Assembly: GCA_039831155.1 (NCBI GenBank) | Contig: JBDONT010000043.1 | Location: 1-64,000 of the forward strand | From: Nautiliaceae bacterium | GTDB taxonomy: Bacteria > Campylobacterota > Campylobacteria > Campylobacterales > Nautiliaceae | Direction of reading: 5' to 3' | Length of the DNA stretch: 64,000 nucleotides | Shown here: one piece after another, positions 41,661-51,852 of the stretch | Layout of the letters: each line of letters starts with the position of its first letter | Position numbering within the stretch: the stretch's first letter is position 1 | Translations under genes and position numbers: made by a program | The notes under the pieces: generated by a model | The model's database searches: none | What the model was told of the DNA's origin: nothing | What the model saw: only the letters and a program-made list of their open reading frames with translations

Positions 41661-42728
41661 ATGGCACTCTCATACACTCTTGAACAGTTATTAAGAAGTA
41701 TTAAAGACTACAAAGCAAGTGACTTGCATTTAAATGTAAACGCAGAGCCGATGTTAAGGATTGACGGAAGACTCACTCCTTTAAATCTGCCGAAACTTAC
41801 AAAAGAAGATGTGGTCGAGCTTTGTTATTCGGTTTTGACGGAAAAGCAAAAGGCTGTTTTAGAAGATGAACTTGAACTTGACTTTTCTTTTGAAATTCCA
41901 AAAGTTGCCAGATTTAGGGCAAATTACTATTTTGAAAGAGAAAGTCTAGCGGCTGCTTTTAGGATTATTCCGGAAAGACCTCTTAGTCTTGACGAACTTA
42001 ACGCTCCGGCTATTTTCAAAAAATTAGTAAGAAGGGAAAAAGGGCTTGTACTTGTAACGGGGCCTACTGGTAGTGGTAAATCTACAACCCTTGCTGCTAT
42101 GCTTAATGAAATTAACGAATCTTTTAATAAACACATAATTACCATTGAAGACCCTATAGAGTTTGTTCACCAGCATAAAAAATCTCTTATTTCCCAAAGA
42201 GAAGTTGGACGCGATACGAAATCGTTTTTAAATGCACTTAGAGCTTCTTTAAGGGAAGACCCGGATGTGATTTTAATCGGGGAGATGAGAGATAAAGAAA
42301 CTATAGGAGCGGCTATTACCGCAGCAGAAACAGGGCATTTGGTGTTTGGTACATTACATACAAACTCCGCAGTACAAACCATAAACAGAATTGTAAACGT
42401 ATTCCCAGCAAACGAACAAGACCAAATCAGAACTCAACTTTCAATGGCTATTTTGGCAGTTATTGCTCAAAGTTTATTACCTAAAATCGGAGGTGGAAGG
42501 GTTGCGGCTCAAGAAATTATGATAAACAACCCGGCTATTGCAAACCTTATTCGTGAAAATAAAATTTCTCAAATCTACTCTCAAATGCAATTAAATCAGG
42601 GTACTACCGGAATGCAGACAATGAATCAAGTTTTAGCGGATTTAGTAAGACGTCATATCGTTGATAAAGAAACCGCTATGGCTTATTCTACGAAACCGGA
42701 AGAACTTAGAAAATTAATCGGTGTATAA
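41661..42728 (+). CDS. pilT: Type IV pilus retraction ATPase
   Basis: ASDLHL, GPTGSGKSTTLA, EDPIEF, LREDPD, AETGHLV, AIANLIRENK. Confidence 0.93.
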   Translation: MALSYTLEQLLRSIKDYKASDLHLNVNAEPMLRIDGRLTPLNLPKLTKEDVVELCYSVLTEKQKAVLEDELELDFSFEIPKVARFRANYYFERESLAAAFRIIPERPLSLDELNAPAIFKKLVRREKGLVLVTGPTGSGKSTTLAAMLNEINESFNKHIITIEDPIEFVHQHKKSLISQREVGRDTKSFLNALRASLREDPDVILIGEMRDKETIGAAITAAETGHLVFGTLHTNSAVQTINRIVNVFPANEQDQIRTQLSMAILAVIAQSLLPKIGGGRVAAQEIMINNPAIANLIRENKISQIYSQMQLNQGTTGMQTMNQVLADLVRRHIVDKETAMAYSTKPEELRKLIGV

Positions 42729-43732
42729 TGAAAGATTTATTGGTTTCTTCTTATGATTATAATTTACCTCCAGAGCTTATAGCTAAATATCCCGTAACGC
42801 CGCGGGATAGTGCTAAGCTTTTGGTGTATGATAGAAAAAAAAATAAAATCTATCATACCGTTTTTAGAAATATTTTAGATTTTGTAGGGGATAAAAGGTT
42901 TGTTTTTAACGATACGAAAGTTATAAAAGCTAGGATTTTCGGTAAAAAAGAGACAGGTGGAAGGATAGAACTTCTTTTAAATAGACCTTTTGGAGATAAA
43001 TTTTTGGTTTATATAAGAGGGAAAGTAAAAGAGGGGAGAGTTTTATATTTTGATGAAGGTTTAAAAGCTAAGGTTATCGAGCTTTTAGAAGATGGAAGCA
43101 GGATGGTTGAGTTTTATAAAGATAATAAAAAACTCTCTTTTTTAGAGCTTGTAAAAATTTTAGAAAAAATCGGTCATATTCCACTGCCTCCTTATATAAA
43201 AAGAAATGATGAAAAACTTGATGAGAGGGAATATCAAACGGTGTTTGCACGTAAAGTCGGAGCCGTTGCCGCACCAACTGCGAGTTTACACTTTACTCCC
43301 TCTCTTCTTGAAGAGATTGAAAAAAAAGCATATCTTACTTTGCACGTGGGTGCCGGGACTTTTAAGCCGGTTGAGGTTGAGGATATAAGAGAGCATAAAA
43401 TGCATAGTGAATATTTTGAAATTCCACTTTCTACTGCTAAAATTCTTGATAGTGATGAAGAGATTGTTGCAGTTGGAACTACTTCTACAAGAACGATAGA
43501 GTATTATGCAAGAACTAAAAAGCGTGAAGGGGAATGTGATTTGTTTTTAAATCCTTTAAATCCTCCAATTAGAGTAAATCATCTCTTAACAAACTTTCAT
43601 CTTCCAAAATCAACTCTTATAATGCTTGTAGCTGCATTTATAGGCAGAGAAAAAACTCTTAAACTTTATCAAAAAGCAATTGATAAAAAATACAGGTTTT
43701 ATAGTTATGGAGATGCTATGCTTATAATTTAA
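42728..43732 (+). CDS. queA: SAM:tRNA ribosyltransferase-isomerase
   Basis: PLPPYI, YQTVFA, AAPTASLHF, TNFHLPKSTL, YRFYSYGDAM. Confidence 0.97.
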   Translation: MKDLLVSSYDYNLPPELIAKYPVTPRDSAKLLVYDRKKNKIYHTVFRNILDFVGDKRFVFNDTKVIKARIFGKKETGGRIELLLNRPFGDKFLVYIRGKVKEGRVLYFDEGLKAKVIELLEDGSRMVEFYKDNKKLSFLELVKILEKIGHIPLPPYIKRNDEKLDEREYQTVFARKVGAVAAPTASLHFTPSLLEEIEKKAYLTLHVGAGTFKPVEVEDIREHKMHSEYFEIPLSTAKILDSDEEIVAVGTTSTRTIEYYARTKKREGECDLFLNPLNPPIRVNHLLTNFHLPKSTLIMLVAAFIGREKTLKLYQKAIDKKYRFYSYGDAMLII

Positions 43733-43753
43733 ATGGAGAAAATCTCCATTTAA
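43729..43753. terminator. Bidirectional hairpin between convergent queA and trxC
   Basis: TTAAATGGAGA-AAA-TCTCCATTTAA, 11-bp perfect inverted repeat. Confidence 0.7.
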
Positions 43754-44187
43754 CCTGCTATTTTATCTACCCACATACTAAAGCTGAATTCATCCAGTGC
43801 ACCCATAGCTCTGTCTACTTCAACTCCGTCTTTAAGAGCTACGATTGTAGGTATGCTTCTTATACCAAATTGCATAGCGGCTTGTTGATTTTTGTCGGTA
43901 TTTATTTTAATAAATTGAGCTTTTAGAGGAAAAGAAGCTGCAACTTTATTAAAGATAGGTGCAAACATTTGACACGGACCACACCATTCAGCCCAAAAAT
44001 CAACTATTACAGGTACATTGACCGAATTTGCTATTTTGTGGAATTCATCGTAACTGTCAACTGAAATTGCTTTATTTTCAAGTAAATTCCCTTTACAAAC
44101 TCCACATACGGCTTTTTTATATTCGTCTTTTTTTGGAAGTTTATTTAAACTTTTACAATGAGGACAAGCGAAAATTATAGTATTCAT
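43750..44187 (-). CDS. trxC: Thioredoxin 2 (zinc-finger thioredoxin)
   Basis: N-terminal CPHC...CGVC plus WCGPC. Confidence 0.9.
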   Translation of the reverse strand: MNTIIFACPHCKSLNKLPKKDEYKKAVCGVCKGNLLENKAISVDSYDEFHKIANSVNVPVIVDFWAEWCGPCQMFAPIFNKVAASFPLKAQFIKINTDKNQQAAMQFGIRSIPTIVALKDGVEVDRAMGALDEFSFSMWVDKIAG

Positions 44188-44285
44188 ATTCTTTCCTTTA
44201 TCAGAAAAATTTAGTCGAATTATATAAATTTTTATATGCTTTGTCAAATAAATGTGATATAATATCGTTAAAAAAGGATAGTGGA

Positions 44286-44804
44286 ATGTTTAGAAGAGAA
44301 CTTAAAAAATATGATTTAAGTGATGTTGAAAAATACCAATACGCAAGAATAGTTACAAACAAAGGCGATATATGGGTAAAACTTTTCTCAGAATCCACGC
44401 CTAATACGGTTGCAAACTTCGCACATCTTGCAAAAGAAGGGTTTTATGACGGGCTTAAATTTCATAGGGTAATTCCGGGATTTATGGCTCAGGGAGGATG
44501 TCCTAACTCAAGAGAAGGTGCTAAAGGAATGGTAGGTACCGGAGGTCCGGGATGGGCGATAGAGTGTGAAACGGATGCACCTAAACAAGTTCATAAAAGA
44601 GGAAGTCTCTCAATGGCACACGCCGGAAAAGATACGGGAGGCAGTCAGTTTTTTATCTGTTTTACAGACTGTCCTCATTTAGATGGTGTTCATACGGTAT
44701 TTGGTGGAATAGAAGAGGGGGATGAGGAGAGTTTTAAAGTGCTTGATTCGATTCAAAAAAATGATGAAATTAAAACTATAGAAATTTATGAAAAAAGGGA
44801 TTAG
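44286..44804 (+). CDS. Cyclophilin-type peptidyl-prolyl isomerase
   Basis: FHRVIPGFMAQGG, SMAHAG, GSQFFI, HLDG.HTVFG. Confidence 0.95.
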   Translation: MFRRELKKYDLSDVEKYQYARIVTNKGDIWVKLFSESTPNTVANFAHLAKEGFYDGLKFHRVIPGFMAQGGCPNSREGAKGMVGTGGPGWAIECETDAPKQVHKRGSLSMAHAGKDTGGSQFFICFTDCPHLDGVHTVFGGIEEGDEESFKVLDSIQKNDEIKTIEIYEKRD

Positions 44805-46966
44805 AGTTTGACGATTTTAGCCCCGTATCCTCCCATATGGGGAGGTGCGTCACTGAATTCTTTTACAAGAGGATGATTTTTTAGTAAATCGGTAATTCCT
44901 TTTGCCAAAATTCCTTTACCCATTCCGTGATAAATCCAAACTTCTTCAAGCCCGGCAAGAGCGGCGTTGTTTAGATACTCTTCGGTTTTTTCAAGTGCTT
45001 CTTCTAATCTCATACCGTGTAAATCGAGTTTAATGTCTACTTTTTGAGGTTTTGGTTTTATAATTTGCGTTTTTGTTTTTTTAGGGAGTCTGTACGGCTC
45101 AAGTGAGTTTTTTGGAATCCAAAGTTTTTTACCGTCTATGTCTACAAGGGCGTTTTTGCCTTTTATATCGAGAATTTCTCCTATATTTGTAAAGTATTTT
45201 ACCGTATCTCCTACTTTAAATTCTTTATTTGTTTCACTTTTTTTGACTTTTATGTTTGAGCGAATTTTATTTGCCTCATTTAGTGCCCTGTGTGCGTCTT
45301 TTACGGATTTTGCTTTTATTGCTTCTTTTGCTTTTTTTATTGCTTCATTGTATTCTTTAAGAAGTCTATTTTTTTCTTTTTCGATTGTTTCGTTAAATTC
45401 CTCTTTTTGACGGATAAGAGATTCTTTTAAAAGTTTTATGTCTTCAAATTCGCTTTCAAGTTCTTTGATTTTTTGTTTTTGTTCAAATTCAAGTTGAGCC
45501 GATTTTTCTATAAGCACGTCAAGTTTTTCAAGGTCGTCGCTGTATTCTTTTTTGGCTTTTTCTATGATGTTAAACGGAATCCCGTATCTTTTTGCGGTTT
45601 CAAACGCATAGCTTTTTCCAATTGTTCCTTTTATGAATTCGTATGTAGGTTTTTGGTTTTTTTCATCGTAAATTGCGGCGAGAAGCTCCACTTCTTCGTT
45701 TTGAGCTAGCAGCGTCGCAAGGCGTTTGTGGTGGGTTGTGATTACTATTCGGTTTTTTTTCATAATCTCTTCAATGATGACTTTAAATAAACTTGCAGCT
45801 TCGTTTGCGTCGGTTCCTAGTTCAATTTCATCTACGCCTATTAGGTAATTTTCTTTGAAAAAGACTTCTTTAAACTCTTTAATTCTCCCCGCAAACGTTG
45901 AAATATCGTTTTTTACGTTTTGAGGGTCGTCGATTATCGGTTTTATTTCTTTAAACGAAGGAATTATAGAATTTTCCCTGATTTTCATAGGAAGCAGATG
46001 TTTTGCCATATAAGCACTGCTTAGGATTGATTTTAAAAGCATTGTTTTACCTCCGGCGTTTACACCGGTTATGATTAAGACCTGCTTGTCCCATTCAAGG
46101 TTTATCGGTTTACATTCTTTAAGGGCAGGGTGGCAGAAGTTTTTCAGCACCATTTTTTTAGTTTTGCTTGGCAATATAAATTCAAGATTTTCGTTTTTAG
46201 CCATAAAGATACGGGCTTGTATATGGTCGAATTTGTCAAATTCGCGGTTTATAAATTCCAAAAACTTAGTCCATTTTCTAAGGCGATTTGAAAACTCTTT
46301 TGCTATTTCATATAGTATTTCTTCTTTTTGGCTTTTAAGGTTGTCTTCCTTTTCCTTTAATTTTTCAATGGTCTTTGGGAAGATATAAAAAAATCCACTC
46401 TGGCTTCTTCCTAGAATTTCGGCGTTTATTACTTTATTGTATCCACCTCTTACAAGCAGCGTTTCTTCTCCACTTTGTACGTGGATTTGTTTGTCCACAA
46501 GGAAAGGTTCTAGTTTTTTTGAATTTATGTATTTGTATAACTGCTGGCGTATTTGGGATTTTAGCTCTTTTATGCGTTCGTTTATCATATTGAGCTCTTC
46601 AAATCCTATAACTTCACCTTTTTGGTTGTAGTGTTTGTCTATTTCCAAAATATCTTGAGGAATTTGAATTTTATCAAACCACTCACTTAAATCCTGCCAT
46701 TTTCTGCTTTTAAGATATAGAAAATAACGAATAATTTTTAAAAACTCAAAAATCTGGCCGTGTTTAAGAATTCCGAATTTTTTAAGATGTATTATTTCGG
46801 TATCTAGGTTTTTTACGTTTGGAGGAGGATTGAAGTCTTTGTTTTGAAGTTTTTGTAAATATTTATAAATAGACTCTATGCTTCCTTGAATTTTAAACTC
46901 TTTTTCCCTTGCAAAAAGAGATGTGAGTTTGTTTATGTAGTCTGTTAAGTCAAGTTTGTTAATCAT
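44801..46966 (-). CDS. mutS2: MutS2 with C-terminal Smr domain
   Basis: TGVNAGGKT, STFAG, DEIELGTD, TTH, LDLHG, HGMGKG.L. Confidence 0.93.
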   Translation of the reverse strand: MINKLDLTDYINKLTSLFAREKEFKIQGSIESIYKYLQKLQNKDFNPPPNVKNLDTEIIHLKKFGILKHGQIFEFLKIIRYFLYLKSRKWQDLSEWFDKIQIPQDILEIDKHYNQKGEVIGFEELNMINERIKELKSQIRQQLYKYINSKKLEPFLVDKQIHVQSGEETLLVRGGYNKVINAEILGRSQSGFFYIFPKTIEKLKEKEDNLKSQKEEILYEIAKEFSNRLRKWTKFLEFINREFDKFDHIQARIFMAKNENLEFILPSKTKKMVLKNFCHPALKECKPINLEWDKQVLIITGVNAGGKTMLLKSILSSAYMAKHLLPMKIRENSIIPSFKEIKPIIDDPQNVKNDISTFAGRIKEFKEVFFKENYLIGVDEIELGTDANEAASLFKVIIEEIMKKNRIVITTHHKRLATLLAQNEEVELLAAIYDEKNQKPTYEFIKGTIGKSYAFETAKRYGIPFNIIEKAKKEYSDDLEKLDVLIEKSAQLEFEQKQKIKELESEFEDIKLLKESLIRQKEEFNETIEKEKNRLLKEYNEAIKKAKEAIKAKSVKDAHRALNEANKIRSNIKVKKSETNKEFKVGDTVKYFTNIGEILDIKGKNALVDIDGKKLWIPKNSLEPYRLPKKTKTQIIKPKPQKVDIKLDLHGMRLEEALEKTEEYLNNAALAGLEEVWIYHGMGKGILAKGITDLLKNHPLVKEFSDAPPHMGGYGAKIVKL

Positions 46967-46969
46967 TCT

Positions 46970-47509
46970 CTACCTTATAAAATTGATATATTCGTTTTTG
47001 TATTTTACGTAATTTTCAGCATTTTTATAGATGTTTTCTATTTCTTTATCACTTAGAGTTCTTACAACTTTTGCCGGGCTTCCCAAAATCAGACTTCTTG
47101 GAGGAAATTTTTTACCACCCGTTACCAGTGCACCGGCTCCTACTATCGATTCGTCTCCGATTTCGGCTCCATCAAGGATTGTCGCACTCATACCTATAAG
47201 GCATGCGTTTCCTATCTTACAGCCGTGAAGCATTACGCGGTGGGCTATTGTTACGTCGTCACCTATAATAGTCGGAAAGCCGTCTCCTATTTTCTTTTCT
47301 TTTTTATAATGTGTTACGTGTATCATGCTCATATCCTGAATGGATGTGCGTTTTCCGATTTTAATATAATGCACGTCCCCTCTTATAACACATCCAAACC
47401 AAACGCTACTATCTTCTCCAATTTCAACATCTCCGATAATATCGGCACTTGGTGCAATCCACGCAGATTTTGCTATTTTTGGAAAGTCGTCTTTATAGCG
47501 TAAAATCAT
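46970..47509 (-). CDS. Gamma carbonic anhydrase family protein
   Basis: Hexapeptide repeats, IRGDV, IQD, H ligands (IHV, AH, LHGC). Confidence 0.9.
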   Translation of the reverse strand: MILRYKDDFPKIAKSAWIAPSADIIGDVEIGEDSSVWFGCVIRGDVHYIKIGKRTSIQDMSMIHVTHYKKEKKIGDGFPTIIGDDVTIAHRVMLHGCKIGNACLIGMSATILDGAEIGDESIVGAGALVTGGKKFPPRSLILGSPAKVVRTLSDKEIENIYKNAENYVKYKNEYINFIR

Positions 47510-47787
47510 AGTTTAACTCCTTTTAATGCTTCTTTTTCAATAGCTCTATTTTTATTTTTTGCAATTACTATATCAACTTTTAACATTAGTTTTTCTTCCA
47601 AAATTATCCTAATAAATCCTATTTTTTCATCTATATTTTTGGGATATTCTTTAGGAATTAAAAACAAATCCAAATCTCCCCCTTTTTTATTATCTTCAAG
47701 TCTGCTTCCAAAAACATAAATGATTGATGGAAGATATGAATTTACTATGTTTTTAATTGTTTCAATCTCTTTACTTGAGAGCCTCAT
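47506..47787 (-). CDS. Minimal nucleotidyltransferase (MNT) antitoxin
   Basis: YVFGSR....KGGDLDL and KVDIV; start reset to MRLSSKE. Confidence 0.85.
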   Translation of the reverse strand: MRLSSKEIETIKNIVNSYLPSIIYVFGSRLEDNKKGGDLDLFLIPKEYPKNIDEKIGFIRIILEEKLMLKVDIVIAKNKNRAIEKEALKGVKL

Positions 47788-48223
47788 ATTTTTCCTTGAT
47801 TTTTTTGTAAATTTTCTCAAAAGTTTTGATACTTTCTATTATTTTGTTTAAATTATCGATAATTTCGTCAATTTCATCAGGGTACTCGTGAGAGATTTTA
47901 TTTCTGATTTCTCTTAATCTTATCCATTCATCTCTTTTTACAATATTTAGTCTCTCAAGCTCGCTTAATATTTCTAAAAAACTTTTTTCATTTGTATCAA
48001 ATCCCGTTTTTTCAATAAAAAGTTTAAAAACTTTTTCACCAAGTAAGCTTTGTAATTTTGTAAACCTAAAAGCAATTGCGTCAAGCGTGTCTTTTGAGTG
48101 AAACTGTAATTCTTCATAATTTTTATAATTAATTGGTAGAAAGGTTGAAATTTTATTTTTGTATCTTTTTATGTCTTCTAAATTGTTTTTTATTATATCA
48201 AGATAAAACTCCAGCCTATCCAC
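47771..48223 (-). CDS. HEPN-type RNase toxin
   Basis: [20 protein letters not shown] (RX4HXY). Confidence 0.8.
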   Translation of the reverse strand: MDRLEFYLDIIKNNLEDIKRYKNKISTFLPINYKNYEELQFHSKDTLDAIAFRFTKLQSLLGEKVFKLFIEKTGFDTNEKSFLEILSELERLNIVKRDEWIRLREIRNKISHEYPDEIDEIIDNLNKIIESIKTFEKIYKKIKEKYEALK

Positions 48224-50243
48224 GTTTTAGCTCCTCTATTTTATCCCTAAGCATAGCCGCTTTTTCAAATTCTAAATTTTTTGCGGCTTCTTGCATCTCT
48301 TTTCGCAGTTTTGCGATTATTGCTTTTTTTTCGCGTGGTGGAATTTTATTTTTGTTTTTAAGTTCTTTTGCTATTGTTTCATATCCTTCTTCTTTTAAGG
48401 ATTTATCAAGTTTTCTAACCGTACTTTTTGGCGTAATGCCGTGAAGTTTGTTATATTCTTTTTGTTTTATTCTTCTTTTTATAGTCGTTTTTATTGCGTT
48501 ATACATCGATTTTGTTATTTTATCTTTTATTTTTTCCAAAACCTCCAAATCATCGTCAATTACTATAGGTTCTTCAATTTTACTCGCAAACATTAAAACT
48601 TTTCCGTTTACGTTTCTTGCAGCCCTTCCCATTGTTTGAATTAGGCTTGTTTCACTTCTTAGAAATCCTTCTTTATCTGCATCAAGAATTGCAACCATAC
48701 TAACTTCCGGTAAATCAAGTCCCTCTCTTAAGAGGTTTATTCCAATTAGCATATCAAATTCATTGCTTCTAAGACCTCTTATTATCTCGTTTCTCTCAAC
48801 TACGTCGATATCACTATGCATATATTTTACTTTAAGTCCCATTTCAAGGTAATATTTTTGCAACTCTTCTGCCATTTTTTTTGTAAGAGTTGTTACAAGT
48901 ACCTTTTCTCTTCTTGCGATTACCTCTTTTGCCCTGTCATATAGTGTTGCTACTTGGTCTTTGCTTGGAAGTATTTCTACAACCGGGTCAAGAAGACCAG
49001 TTGGACGGATAATTTGTTCGGCAACGCAAGTCGAAATACTAAGCTCATATTCTCCGGGAGTTGCCGAAACAAAAAGATAGTGAGGGGCTTTATTTATAAA
49101 CTCTTCAAACTTATATGGCCTATTATCAAGTGCACTCGGAAGCCTAAAGCCGTGCTCAACTAATACCTCTTTTCTGGCTCTATCTCCGTTATACATTCCA
49201 CGAAATTGAGGAAGGCTAACGTGGCTTTCATCCACTATTACAAGATAAGGTTTTCCTTTTATCTCAAAATAATCCATTAGTGAATAAGGAGTTTCTCCCG
49301 GTTTTTTGCCTGTTAGGTGTCTTGCGTAGTTTTCTATTCCTTTGCAAGTACCTGTGGTTTCAAGCATTTCCAAATCAAATTCCGTTCTTTGTTTTAAGCG
49401 TTGGTATTCGATTGTTTTTCCTTCTTTTTCAAACTCTTTAAGCCTTTCTCCAAGTTCTTTTTCAATGCTTTGAATTGCTTCAGCCAAGCGATTTTGTCCT
49501 ACAATAAATTGATTTGCAGCATAAATTGTTATCTCTTTAAGCTCTTGTAGTTTTTCGTTTGTTATATAATCAATCGTATAAATTCTATCAATCTCATCTC
49601 CGAAAAACTCCACTCTTATTACATCATCTTCAAAATATGTAGGAAAAATATCAATAACTTCTCCATTAACTCTAAAGTTTCCTCTTTCAAAGTATTTATC
49701 GTTTCTTGTATATCCCATTGATAAAAGCCTCATCATAAACTGACGTTGTGATAATTCATCCCCAACGGCAATTTTTGCTACCATTTTTTTGTATTCAAGG
49801 GGGTTTCCAAGCCCATAAAGTGCAGAAACCGAAGCTACTACGATTACGTCGTCATATTCAAGCAAACTGGCAGTTGCACTTACTCTTAGTCTTTCAAGTT
49901 CTGCATTAATTGATGCGTCTTTTTCTATAAACAAATCTTGTCTTGGAAGATAAGCTTCTGGTTGATAATAATCGTAATAACTTATAAAATATTCGACGTG
50001 ATTATTTGGAAAAAATTCTTTAAATTCGCTGTATAACTGGGCTGCTAAGGTTTTATTATGAGTTAGAATAAGGGTTGGAGTTTGAAGTTTTTCAATAATA
50101 TTTGCCATAGTAAAGGTTTTACCACTTCCTGTAACTCCAATTAACGTATTATAACGGCTCCCTTTTTTTATGCAATTTGTTAGTTTTTTTATAGCTTGAG
50201 GCTGGTCGCCTGTTGGTTTGAAGTTTGAATTTAATTTGAACAA
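48216..50243 (-). CDS. uvrB: Excinuclease ABC subunit B
   Basis: [44 protein letters not shown] domain; TTG start after AAGGAG. Confidence 0.97.
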   Translation of the reverse strand: MFKLNSNFKPTGDQPQAIKKLTNCIKKGSRYNTLIGVTGSGKTFTMANIIEKLQTPTLILTHNKTLAAQLYSEFKEFFPNNHVEYFISYYDYYQPEAYLPRQDLFIEKDASINAELERLRVSATASLLEYDDVIVVASVSALYGLGNPLEYKKMVAKIAVGDELSQRQFMMRLLSMGYTRNDKYFERGNFRVNGEVIDIFPTYFEDDVIRVEFFGDEIDRIYTIDYITNEKLQELKEITIYAANQFIVGQNRLAEAIQSIEKELGERLKEFEKEGKTIEYQRLKQRTEFDLEMLETTGTCKGIENYARHLTGKKPGETPYSLMDYFEIKGKPYLVIVDESHVSLPQFRGMYNGDRARKEVLVEHGFRLPSALDNRPYKFEEFINKAPHYLFVSATPGEYELSISTCVAEQIIRPTGLLDPVVEILPSKDQVATLYDRAKEVIARREKVLVTTLTKKMAEELQKYYLEMGLKVKYMHSDIDVVERNEIIRGLRSNEFDMLIGINLLREGLDLPEVSMVAILDADKEGFLRSETSLIQTMGRAARNVNGKVLMFASKIEEPIVIDDDLEVLEKIKDKITKSMYNAIKTTIKRRIKQKEYNKLHGITPKSTVRKLDKSLKEEGYETIAKELKNKNKIPPREKKAIIAKLRKEMQEAAKNLEFEKAAMLRDKIEELKRG

Positions 50244-50292
50244 AACTCTCCTTTTTATTATAATTATACCAAATCTTTTAGAAAGGAAAAAA

Positions 50293-50514
50293 ATGGATTT
50301 ATTAACAAAATTAAATGAAAAAATAGACACTCTTTTAACAAAATACGCAGAGCTTGAAAAAGAGAATGAAAATTTAAAAATTGAACTTAAAAACACTCAA
50401 GAACTTTTGGCTCAAAAAGAGAGTGAATTATTGGAATGTCAAGAAAATATGGCTTTAAAAGAGCTTGAGCTTGAAGAAGTTGTAGCGAAAATAGAAACAA
50501 TTATCGGAAAATGA
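50293..50514 (+). CDS. ZapB-like coiled-coil protein
   Basis: L.KL.EKI..LL..Y..L..EN..L heptad pattern, 73 aa. Confidence 0.6.
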   Translation: MDLLTKLNEKIDTLLTKYAELEKENENLKIELKNTQELLAQKESELLECQENMALKELELEEVVAKIETIIGK

Positions 50515-50720
50515 AAAAAATCTCTTTATCCGTACTTGGGGAAAAGTTTGAAATAGAACTTGAAGATGAGTTTTTTGAATTTGTAAAAGAAGATTTATTA
50601 AAACTCAAATCCCCAACTCCTAAGGAGATTCTTTTTTTACTGCTGGAGAATAAAAAAAAGCAGTTTGAAATTAATAAAAAAGCTGAAGAAATTATTTCTA
50701 AACTGGATTTTTTTATTTAA
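50511..50720 (+). CDS. ZapA-like small protein
   Basis: ISLSVLGEKFEI N-terminus; ATGA overlap with the ZapB-like gene. Confidence 0.45.
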   Translation: MKKISLSVLGEKFEIELEDEFFEFVKEDLLKLKSPTPKEILFLLLENKKKQFEINKKAEEIISKLDFFI

Positions 50721-50788
50721 TATATGATACGAAACTGATAATAAAATGATATTAAACTTATTTTATTTAAAAGATAATTAATTCGGGC

Positions 50789-50819
50789 TTGACATTTAAA
50801 TAAAAATTTATGATATAAT
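50789..50819 (+). promoter_or_regulatory. Sigma70 promoter of the pilin cluster
   Basis: Extended -10 TGATATAAT at 50811-50819; TTGACA 19 nt upstream of the hexamer. Confidence 0.65.
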
Positions 50820-50848
50820 TCTTACTAAAGAAAAAGAAAGGAGTGCTT

Positions 50849-51346
50849 ATGAAAAAAGCGTTTACAATGATTGAATTGATTTTCGTTATCGTTATTTTAG
50901 GTATCTTAGCTGCAGTTGCAATTCCAAAGCTTATGGCTACAAGAACGGATGCTAAAGTATCTGCAATTTCTCAAGAAGTGTCAAATGCTGTAAGTGAAAT
51001 TCCGGCATACGTAACTTCTCAAGGAAAAGTAGGAACTATTTACGATATGTCTCAAGTAGCTAAAACATTAGTAGACCAAAATAAAGCGTGGGATGATAAC
51101 CTTTCAAAAGGTAACTCTGCCGCTAAAGATACTACTTATAGTAAAATACCTCATTCTATCGATACTCTTTATGTCGGTGCACAAGATGACAACGGAGATA
51201 TCGAACCTTGTATGATTTTAGACGTAAACTCAACTACTTTAGTAGTTACTGATTCAAGTGCAGGAACTGGAGCTATTTGTAAAGGGGTTCAAGCAAGAAT
51301 TAAAGAAGGTAACTATACAATCGCAGGAAGCAGCGTAAAATTCTAA
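50849..51346 (+). CDS. Type IV pilin (probable major pilin)
   Basis: [28 protein letters not shown]-terminal Cys pair; own terminator. Confidence 0.88.
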   Translation: MKKAFTMIELIFVIVILGILAAVAIPKLMATRTDAKVSAISQEVSNAVSEIPAYVTSQGKVGTIYDMSQVAKTLVDQNKAWDDNLSKGNSAAKDTTYSKIPHSIDTLYVGAQDDNGDIEPCMILDVNSTTLVVTDSSAGTGAICKGVQARIKEGNYTIAGSSVKF

Positions 51347-51370
51347 GAGATTCCTCTCTTAGTTTTTTTT
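51343..51370 (+). terminator. Rho-independent terminator after pilin 1
   Basis: CTAAGAGA-TTCC-TCTCTTAG followed by T8. Confidence 0.8.
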
Positions 51371-51396
51371 GAAAGAGGGGAAGTAAAAGAGGGGAA

Positions 51397-51843
51397 ATGA
51401 AAAATGCATTTACAATGATAGAACTTATTTTCGTTATCGTTATTTTAGGAATATTGGCGTCCGTTGCTATTCCTAAACTAATGTCTACAAGAGATGACGC
51501 TCAAACTGCAACTCTTACGACTCAACTTCAAACAGCTAATAGAGAAATTATCAGTTATTATACTTCACAGGGTGGTGAGATTAATTTTTCTGAAATAAAT
51601 AATTCTTCGCAAGTAGTTTTAAATGAGCTTATTCATTATGGGTGGATTGAAGTAAAAGACGATAATCATTCTGTGTTTTATTCTGATAGGGATAATAAAA
51701 TAGTTTGTATAAATTATTATACCGATGGCGGTAGAATAGAAGTGGAGCAAAATAATTCGAATAATTCTCCTTTGTGTAACGATATAAAAAGAATAGTAAA
51801 AGATGCAAATTATTCCGTTTTAAACGAAACGGTTAAATTTTAA
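51397..51843 (+). CDS. Type IV pilin/pseudopilin
   Basis: MKNA|FTMIELIFVIVILG; Cys pair; C-terminus VKF like pilin 1. Confidence 0.88.
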   Translation: MKNAFTMIELIFVIVILGILASVAIPKLMSTRDDAQTATLTTQLQTANREIISYYTSQGGEINFSEINNSSQVVLNELIHYGWIEVKDDNHSVFYSDRDNKIVCINYYTDGGRIEVEQNNSNNSPLCNDIKRIVKDANYSVLNETVKF

Positions 51844-51852
51844 AGGGAAAAA

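Noticed and set aside
50721-50790. 6S RNA downstream of the zapB/zapA-like pair
   Set aside because: Interval too short and AT-rich, with no long stem
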